A stretch of 64,000 nt of DNA, from assembly GCF_006345805.1 (NCBI RefSeq), contig NC_043014.1, forward strand, positions 36,704,001-36,768,000. The letters run 5' to 3'. Position numbers and translations under genes: made by a program. Numbering within the stretch: the first letter of the stretch is position 1; every line of letters starts with the position of its first letter. Under the pieces are notes generated by a model. That model was not told the DNA's origin. It ran no database searches and worked only from the letters and a program-made list of their open reading frames with translations. The stretch comes from Octopus sinensis (lineage: Eukaryota). Positions 54,751 through 64,000 of this stretch are shown piece after piece.

Positions 54751-57009
54751 CTGCAAAGAAAACGATCTAATACATCAAAATGTTTGAACAATATGCTTTG
54801 ACTATTGGGTTGTTTCACTAATATAAACTACAATTTTCATACTAAACTAAAATGGTTAACACCAGACGAATTGTTCTTGATGCTGGACTTCTGTGAACTA
54901 CTGTTTCTAATTTGCATACACATACACACACGCACACAGTGACGCACACGCGCTGGTTTAAATGTATTTTGTGTTCTCATTTTTCGCCTCTTATCAAATA
55001 TATCATTTTACCTACTCGTTTTTTTTACTACTCCGTCTTCCCAATGTCTCTGCATTTTTATATATTTTGAAAAACACATTGGCACCGATATTAAAATACT
55101 TTATCGTATTTTTAGTGTTTTCCCTATTTGTTTTTCTTACTGGTAACAATATTTCCAACTGATAACAGTATTTTTAACAGTATTTGCTAACTATTTGTTT
55201 TTCTTACTGGTAACAGCTAGTAAAAAATTGGTTTTATCTTTCAAGCAAATATTAGTTCTGCAAACGACTTGCCTGGACAAGTGTTTGGGTTTGGTGTTAT
55301 CCTATAAACATTCAACAGTTCTGTCATTGCTGCGTTATCGATTAGCTCGTTTCTTGATTTTTTTAAATGCTCCTTTAAACGCATCCACGAACAGTTCCGT
55401 GATATGACGGAATACAGATGTGTTCAATTTCATTTTTAGTAAAAATCTCGTACGTCGTAAGCTGCGTACCGTTTTCTGATACTATGGTGAGTTGATGAAG
55501 ATATTCTAGTGTTACCGTAGAAGTTGGTTTCCTACATCTACATATTTCCAGCCACTTAGTATAACTATCTACTACAATCAGGGAATATGCGCCATTTATT
55601 GATCCAGCAAAATCTATACACAGCCTGATCTATAGACTGTCGGTTTTAAACTACGGTTGGAATTTTACCGGTGGTGACCTGGCTGCAAGTGTACAACCTC
55701 TGCAGGATTTCACCGACTCTTTAATATCACTGTCCATTGTAGGCCAATATACGAATTTTTCTCATTTGTGGTTTCATTCTCGAGACTCCTGGGTTCCCCA
55801 TAGGAAATTCCTTTATTAAAAGCTTTTGTAGTGCGGATGGCACTACGACTTTCTTCGCATGCATCAACCCTTTCTCAAACTTGGATGTTTCAATTGCTTG
55901 GAAATTAAATAAATTAGGTAATTTAGACTTACATCTGAAAAAGACGTCTGCAAGTCACAAAACAGCACATTGGAATCTGTTAGTTCACAGACTCCAAGAT
56001 ATCAATGTTAATCGACCACATATTTTCCAAAGCTAGCAGGAAATGAATTGCTTTTTCATTTTTTACCAAAATGCTACACACCGTACAAAAAATACACAGG
56101 GACGCTTAAGAAAACTTAGTAGTAATGGATGATAGCAAACTTCTGATGGCAATTCAAGATACAATATATTATAATTAAGAATAAAACCCTTTTTGTCAGA
56201 ATAAATTACTAATCTTAGTCACTGCTACATAAAACAGAAAAGAGAGACAACCCAATATTAAATAGAGACTGTAGTAAAGCAGAAGTATGGTCTTCGGTGT
56301 TACTGAAAAATCGCCAAAACTATTTCGGTCTTATTAGACGTGATTTGCGAATCTTCGGCTAAATCTAACAGATAATCATGGAATGACGAGCAGATATATA
56401 GCTGGATGAAAAGTTAACACTTAAATGATTGCTATACCCCAGGAATTATTATCTATAAAGTTACACATTTATTGATTAGAACAATCTTTTTGTAGATTAC
56501 AGACCCTGGTTTGAAACAGGTTGATGGATCTTAGAAATTTAGTTAATTATAATTCATCAAAAATGAAAAGTAAAAGGAGAGAATCTAATAATATTTAGGA
56601 GTTGTATGGTGACTTATTCCTACATCTTATCCTTAAAACCTAATCTAAGCGTGACTGGAAAATTATAATTGTTTTAAGCGAATTTAGTCATTTACATAAT
56701 GAATTGTTTTTAACATACAGTTGTTTAATAGTGAATAATTGAGATTTTTTGGCCTTATACATCATTAATACTAACTTCTACTTCATTCTACAGAGAATAG
56801 AAAAACTAGGTATATCACATCATACACAGAGTATTTTCATTGCAATATAAAATAGAAAAGAAAAGGACTTTGGCAGGTGCAAAATATTGCATGTGTCAAA
56901 ATGTGATGGTCTGCGTTCCACAGTGCATTAGAAATACACAAAAGAAATAAATCTACTTAAAATGAATATTTCTGGGGCTCAGTAAGTGCAAAAGCCGGGT
57001 AACACCAAC

Positions 57010-57324
57010 CTTTAATGATCTTCTGTTTTGAAACTGCGTGAAATGTTTTACATGAGTAAGCTGCTACATCATTGCAAGTGGGGTTATGTTTCCAACAGGT
57101 AACAAAACCTATATTATTAACAGGTAAATCACAGTCGAAACCTTTGCTCATAAATATTTTCTGGTATGATCTAGATTTCCTGTGATATTGTATATTTAAA
57201 ACTGTAGTTCCGTTTTGTTGGAGTCTGAAGTCAAGAATATTCTTTAACACATGCATGCATGTTATATTAAATGTCTTTCCAAATTCAATACCCTCAGCTG
57301 GTGTTGTTTCTACAATGTTAACAG
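57010..57324 (-). CDS. Gene C exon 2: V-type Ig domain
   Basis: CTTATAG acceptor, G|GTTGGT donor, 315 nt, phase 1-1. Reads ...NITC...PTCNDVAAYSCKT. Confidence 0.85.
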
Positions 57325-58854
57325 CTATAAGTAAAAGCAAGGGTAACAAGTAAATGAGAGAAATATACAATTGCAGTTATATAACAATGGCGCAGAATGA
57401 GATAACAATATGGAGAGCCATGGACATTGAAGAAAATGAATGAATTAATTCATGAATGAATGAATGAATGGTAGTAGCCTCTCGTAGGCCGATAAAGAAG
57501 GTTTTGCAATTTCTTGCTAAATACTCTGCAAAGTAATTTGTTTAAAGTAATCAGAAGTACGTGTCGTACATTAGCTAACTCCATTCATTAAATCTACGTG
57601 CTAGAAAATAATAGGCTAATTTGGAAAAGAATGACACAATGAAGACAGAATTGGAAGCGCATTCTGTCCAGCGGTGTGTAACAGCATCTGATACATAGCC
57701 GATACTGTACATATATACAATTTCCATTCTCTGACCTCTACCTCTTCTTTTTCTTGTATTCACGCCCTTGTCTCTTACCGTTGATAATCTTTTAGTTCCT
57801 TGTCACTTTATCTTTCATTCTAGAATTTTCTGGACATTTCATTCGCTTTCTCTTTGCTCTTTGATTTCTCATTGCCACTTTTCCCAGGCCTTCACTGTCC
57901 TCCATAATTTTAAATCGCTTCGATTTATTTGGATTATCTTAGACGGAGTCGTGAAAATGTCCGTATTCCAAACCGACAAAGTGACTAATGCATTACTTTA
58001 GAAATAGCGGGTAAGTTACACCGAAAGAACATCTCCTTCTTGAGGCACGCATTTCCAAGAATGGCAATCACTATTCCAGTCACTTTCAGGATGGATGTGC
58101 ATGGTGAGGCTGGGATAGTGTTCCGGCAGTTTCTAAAAGAAACCTATCTACGGTTGTTTCTGTTAGAAATACACAATTTCATTGAGAATTTCTACACAGT
58201 TGTATTTTCTATGGCAGCTACGAGAAAATAGAAGCAATGATCGAAATTCTAAACAATATCGTAACAGTGATATGAAAAGTACCTTGTTTTTTTTTTGTTT
58301 TAATAGTTTTGTTTCCGACACATGACGCAAGGAAAATTACAAATAGACATTTTTAGATAAATTAATAGTGAAAAGGTTACAAAACGATTAATGCAAAAAG
58401 AAAGAATGTAGGAATGAAAGGAAACAAATTAACATTTATTATGGTATTTTGAAAAACTCTGTAAACACTAAACTTAACTCTAAAACCTAATCCTGAACCT
58501 TATCCCTAAACCTAGCCAGAGCACTAAGCCTTAAATCCAAATCATGATTATAAATCCTAAATACTAGCATCTAACCCTACAGCCTAAAACTTGCGATAAA
58601 GCTAAAATTTTTCCTATCTGAAAACAACCGACATTTACTCAGCTTGCCAAACTTAGTCGGTTGGATGAATTCTGGATCTGAAGCCGATTTCATAAGACGG
58701 CATACATCAACGTTGTATAATAGAGTGGCAGAATGTTTCGTGCATTACAACACACGGCCTTCTCTACACGGCGATGTGGCCAGTTCCAAAACCATCCTCG
58801 ATTACTCATTGTTTTTTCAAATCAGAGATTGTCACTTTGGACAACATACATTTA

Positions 58855-60124
58855 GTTAAGTTCATAGGCTATCTGTCAAATCTTTTCATTAATTCTGAAA
58901 TATCTGAAATCTTTTCGTTAATTTCAACCCATTTTTTTTATAACTGAACTGTCACGTTCCAGGTAAACTGAGGTCTGATTGTTCAAAGAATGTTCAAGAA
59001 CTAACTGGTAGCGGATTCTCTTGAAGATGGACAAAACTGGCACACCTTTTTATCAAGTACTTGCAGAAATAGTGTTTCAACCCCAAGAACATTCCTGCTG
59101 ACATGGTTGCTACATAATTGGTGACGCTCCAGATTTATCAACAATGCAAAAGTGGGCAGTTGAATTTAGGAGAGGAAGGGAGCATCTTGAAGATGTACCA
59201 AAATCTGAACGTTCTGCAACCGCCTCAACCAAAGAAAACGTTGATAATATTCACCACATGATGATGCATGATAGGCGATTGACTATAAATCAAATAGGCA
59301 ATGCTAACAACATATTCCATGAGAGAGTCGAGTATATTCTGCGGAATGAAATTTATACAACGAACGTTTCTGTTCGATGGATGCCACGTCTTCTAATACC
59401 TGATCAAAAGAGACCCAGACCAATCATGAGACGGGAAAATCTCACATTGTTTCAAGAAGATCGAGCTTATTTCGTTGAATGCTTCCTAACCCAGGATGAG
59501 CATTGGCTACATTAATATGAGTCTGAGACAAAGAGACAATCCCTGCAGCGGAAACACCTCTCCTCGCCAGCTCCAAAGATGGCCAAGGTCGTTTAATCTG
59601 CAGAGAATATGATAGCGTTACATTTTTGAGATACAAATGACATTGTGTTTCTTGATCTATCTTCAAAATGGCACAGCATAAATGGAGAGTTTTATCTTAA
59701 AATGCTGAGGGAGTTAAGAAATGTTATCAAGACCAAACACCTATGAAAACTGGCGAAAGGGGATTTTTTTATCAGGACCATCCTCCAGTTCAGAAATCCT
59801 TGCTTTCAATGGCGATTTTGAGTGACTGTGGTTTTCAACTGGTTGATCCCTCCCACTCACAATTCTTCTGGTTTGACCCCAGCAGACTATCCATTGCTTC
59901 CATGGCATGAAGATTGACTAGGCTGAGTACCAGTATCGCAGTCTGGACGACCTCATATCTGCTGTTGGATGAAATCTTCTTCACAAATGGAATCCAAGCA
60001 CTGCAACACCGCAGGGGGCAGTGTATGGACTGCAAGAAGGAATACGTTGAGAAATAAACTTCATTTGGTTATTTTCAATGAGAGTATCTTGATCAGCCTA
60101 TGAATTTTCAGCCGTCCATCTTCT
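58855..60124 (+). mobile_element. Decayed mariner in intron 1 of gene C
   Basis: ORF 59144-59515 KWAVEFRRGREHLED...VSVRWMPRLL...TQDEHWLH. Right TIR present. Confidence 0.85.
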
Positions 60125-60368
60125 AGGTACCTCTAATTTATTGTAAATAAGCACGCGTTATGAGACATTTGCTGACGAGTAATGACAGGAAAGTCTGTGT
60201 TCTACTTCTATATGCATGTATGTGTAGGTGCCTCTGTGTGTGTTTGCGCGTGCGTGTCTAAGCACTTGTCTGGGTGGCACAGAAATACAGAAAGCACGGC
60301 AAATAACGAAGTGAGAAAGATTGTGTGTTGGAGCCGAAAAGAAAATATTTTCTTTAATTTTAACTTAC

Positions 60369-60462
60369 ACTCCCTGTTTTTCATTAACAGCGCAATTATA
60401 GCTGACAACAACGTTGAAATTACAACGCGGCTCCCAGTAACTGAAATATGACGAAAAGACAT
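60369..60462 (-). CDS. Gene C exon 1: hydrophobic leader
   Basis: MSFRHISVTGSRVVISTLLSAIIALLMKNRE, then T|GTAAGT phase-1 donor. Confidence 0.7.
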
Positions 60463-60774
60463 GTATGATTCAGGTAAAAATTATGGTTAAAACAGCAAAA
60501 GAATAAGAAAACTTGAGAGAAAGTTGGAAAATATATAAGCGTGAATAATGAAGTGTGATGATTTGGTATCAAGGGGCATAACTCTTAACTGAACCCATCA
60601 TCCTTTTCACAACAACTACAAACCGGATGTGTCTGTTCTCCTCCAACAATAGAAAGCAGTCACCATATTTCATTTCATATCAGCTACCTGTGATGTGCGC
60701 AGGGGTGCATAATCGGATTATTGCCTGACACTCTGGAAAGCCTAGAAGGATTCTGATTGGTAAATCGGCTGTAA

Positions 60775-61136
60775 TCTCTCTCTATATAAATGGCAGTTTG
60801 TCTGTGTGTGTTTCTGTGTGTCTGTTAGGTTGTACCCTCACCCTGACCACGGCTTTCAACCGATTCTGATGAAACTTGACACACACATAGCCCAATGTCA
60901 TAATTCAAAACTAACGCAGCGAAAATTTTGGAAAGTGCCCCCAGTTCTGAAAAAAATCGATAAATTCGACATGGGGTCGAGAATCAGAAACACAAACTGT
61001 CTAGGGGACGCAACTCGACCTTTTTAACTAAAAAAATTTACCATCACTTTTTTCCCATTTTTTGGCTATAACTCTCTAAAAATGCTTTATAGTTATTTCC
61101 CTTACAAACCCGAGCAACGCCGGGCGATACTGCTAG
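60775..61136 (+). mobile_element. Non-autonomous Helitron
   Basis: A|TC start, CCCGAGCAACGCCGGG hairpin and CTAG|T end. Confidence 0.8.
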
Positions 61137-61182
61137 TGGATGTATAAAATTGTACATTTCGGATAATGTGAGTGTGTGTGTC

Positions 61183-63017
61183 TATGTATGTATGTATGTA
61201 TGTATGTATGTATGTATGTATGTAGGTAGGTAGGTAGGTAGGTAGGTTGGTAGGTAGGTAGGTAGGTAGGTAGGTAGGTAGGTAGGTAGGTAGGTATGCA
61301 TGTATGTACGTATGTATGCATGTATGTATGCATGTATGTATGTATGTATGTATGTATGTGAATGTATGTATGTGTGTATATATGTATATATATGTGTGTG
61401 TGTATGGATGCATGTATGTATTATGCATGTATGTATGTATGTAGGTATGTATGTATGTATGTATGTATGTATGTATGTATGTATGTATTATGTATGTGAA
61501 TGTATGTATGTGTGTACATATGTATCGGCGACTAAACCGGCAACCCTACCAAGCTTGCTTGGTGAGGAGGGTGTTTATTGGACACCTGCGGGATGAAAAA
61601 CAAAATTCGTCAAAGGGCGGGGGAACTCTTGAGAGTCAACGGCCATCCAATAAATGTCTAAAGGCTGTATCATGCGCGGGGACATAGAAATAATCGGACT
61701 GAATACCCGATCGTGCAGTTAAACCATTGGGAATGAAGGACTTCTAGCCTTTGTTAGGGCATCCTTCTAGGAGAAGGTAACTCAGGTAACTGGGATAACT
61801 CCGACATAAAACCTGCGGCTCAGTGGCTACCGATGATGTTGACTTGTTCTTCTTTTCGGATTATGGCTGCTTAGTGAGTGGGATTGACTCAGTGCACAGC
61901 CTTTCCTCACTTTAAAAAAATCTCTTGCACAGGCATTGCACGATAACAACATTGATTAAGCTTCGTGCCATGGCCGTACTCGATAACGAGGGGGCAGCCA
62001 CCATGTATGTATGTATGTATGTATATATGTATGTTTGTTTGTTTGTATGTATGTATGTATGTATGTATGTATGTATGTATGTATGTAGGTAGGTAGGTAG
62101 GTAGGTGGTTGGTAGGTAGGTAGGTAGGTAGGTAGGTAGGTAGGTAGGTAGGTAGGTATGCATGTATGTACGTATGTATGCATGTATGTATGCATGTATG
62201 TATGTATGTATGTATGTATGTGAATGTATGTATGTGTGTATATATGTATATATATGTGTGTGTGTATGCATGCATGTATGTATGTATGCATGTATGTATG
62301 TATGTAGGTATGTATGTATGTATGTATGTATGTATGTATGTATGTATGTATTATGTATGTGAATGTATGTATGTGTGTACATATGTATCGGCGACTAAAC
62401 CGGCAACCCTACCAAGCTTGCTTGGTGAGGAGGGTGTTTATTGGACACCCTGCGGGATGAAAAACAAAATTCGTCAAAGGGCGGGGGAACTCTTGAGAGT
62501 CAACGGCCATCCAATAAATGTCTAAAGGCTGTATCATGCGCGGGGACATAGAAATAATCGGACTGAATACCCGATCGTGCAGTTAAACCATTGGGAATGA
62601 AGGACTTCTAGCCTTTGTTAGGGCATCCTTCTAGGAGAAGGTAACTCAGGTAACTGGGATAACTCCGACATAAAACCTGCGGCTCAGTGGCTACCGATGA
62701 TGTTGACTTGTTCTTCTTTTCGGATTATGGCTGCTTAGTGAGTGGGATTGACTCAGTGCACAGCCTTTCCTCACTTTAAAAAAATCTCTTGCACAGGCAT
62801 TGCACGATAACAACATTGATTAAGCTTCGTGCCATGGCCGTACTCGATAACGAGGGGGCAGCCACCATGTATGTATGTATGTATGTATATATGTATGTTT
62901 GTTTGTTTGTATGTATGTATGTATGTATGTATGTATGTATGTATGTATGTATGTATGTATGTTTGTTTGTATGTATGTATGTATGTATGTATGTATATAT
63001 GTATGTATGTATGTATG
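61183..63017. repeat. (TATG)n/(TAGG)n tracts containing an ~863-bp tandem duplication of an RTE-like 5' UTR fragment (61525-62003, 62388-62867)
   Basis: The two copies are near-identical including microsatellite interruptions. The GGCATCCTTCTAGGAGAAGGTAACTC motif resembles RTE 5' UTRs. Confidence 0.75.
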
Positions 63018-63709
63018 CAAATTAAGACTATGATAAAGACAATAACCACTAGTTTTACAATACAGTACATAGTGATTAATTGTTTCTCATCCACGTTAAT
63101 CACTTTCAGCGAGTAAGACTGAATCATTTGTAAGTAATGTTTCTTGTCTACAGATAGATAGACGCTATTGATCCATATTGAATTAGTCATTCGTTTTGTT
63201 ATGCACCATTTCTCAAATTCATGAGAGTCAAAATAAAGAGAGATCGCTACATAACTCTGAAAATGACAAAGTAATCAATAAGGAAATTTAATAATAATAA
63301 AAACCGTTTCTCAATTGACATTTATTAGTGATTCCTGTAGTGTTTTCAAATGATTAATACCTATATGTAATGAATGTTATCACATAGACTCACCTTAAAG
63401 TTAACAAAGTGTCAGCTGTTGCAGCAAGCAAAATGAATATGCAATAAAAATGTCTGATGTTTTATTAATCACCTTTAACACAGAGTTCCTTTGTTGTGGA
63501 GGGTGAGATAATCAGGATTTGAAACTCTAGTACTGCAATATATAGTAAATATGTCTCGTCTAAAGTAAGTTTGTCAACTTCTTTTAATCTCCTACTGCAA
63601 CTACAGATATGTCGTAGACATGTCTAGTCAATACTCTATCAACATTGTACCACCTACTGAAGATTGTACCTACGCTTCATTCCATTGTACCTACGCTTCA
63701 TTCCATCTT

Positions 63710-64000
63710 CAATTTAAAGTATCTCAAAATGTACTCATTCTTTAATCCTGAAATTCGAAATTGCTTGTTCATTTGCTGATAACAGGGAACCTATGAGGTG
63801 ATAAACTTGCCCTTGAACTTTGACCTCGACATAAATTCATGTTTATCTATCTTTTTTGATGCACCAAACGATGTCATTTGAAATACAGAATTGTATTGTC
63901 TGATATCGTCCAGAAAATCCTTTGACTGGATGGAAGTGCCTTCTAGAAGATTCATAAGCAGTTGAGAAGGAGCTGGTAGTGCTGGCAATGTTATCTGACC
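63710..64000 (-). mobile_element. Helitron Rep/helicase fragment, runs off the window
   Basis: LPALPAPSQLLMNLLEGTSIQSKDFLDDIRQYNSVFQMTSFGA, then after a frameshift VQGQVYHLIGSLL, a conserved Helitron N-terminal motif. Confidence 0.85.

Noticed and set aside
63394-63460. Signal-peptide-like HFYCIFILLAATADT with a GTGAGT donor
   Set aside because: No ATG in frame, phase 2 is incompatible with the V exon, and frame and donor are not conserved in the other units. Could still be a 5' UTR exon.

Overview
AT-rich, repeat-dense animal genomic DNA, probably from an octopus or other cephalopod (inferred from the tRNA-derived SINE families and the microsatellite load). The main signal, fragmented in the ORF track because it is spliced, is a tandem array of three intact minus-strand genes. 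Each has a hydrophobic leader exon, a V-type Ig exon and a C2-type Ig exon joined by phase-1 GT-AG introns. Gene A: 17335-17458, 11472-11789, 2550-2863 (251 aa). Gene B: 37891-37984, 35833-36153, 34306-34619 (242 aa). Gene C: 60369-60462, 57010-57324, 54452-54750 (235 aa). The Ig exons are much more divergent between paralogs than the flanking non-coding DNA. Each CDS stops a few codons before a splice donor; in genes B and C that donor leads in frame into a decayed exon resembling TNF-receptor cysteine-rich repeats plus a transmembrane helix, suggesting a former Ig-Ig-TNFR-TM receptor converted to a truncated, probably soluble form. Two disabled V exons lie between the genes. The rest is decayed Ty3/Gypsy, mariner, Tc1, Tigger, Helitron, Penelope-like, Chapaev-like and RTE elements, SINEs with TSDs, palindromes and simple repeats. 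All coordinates and identities were read by eye; no searches were run.
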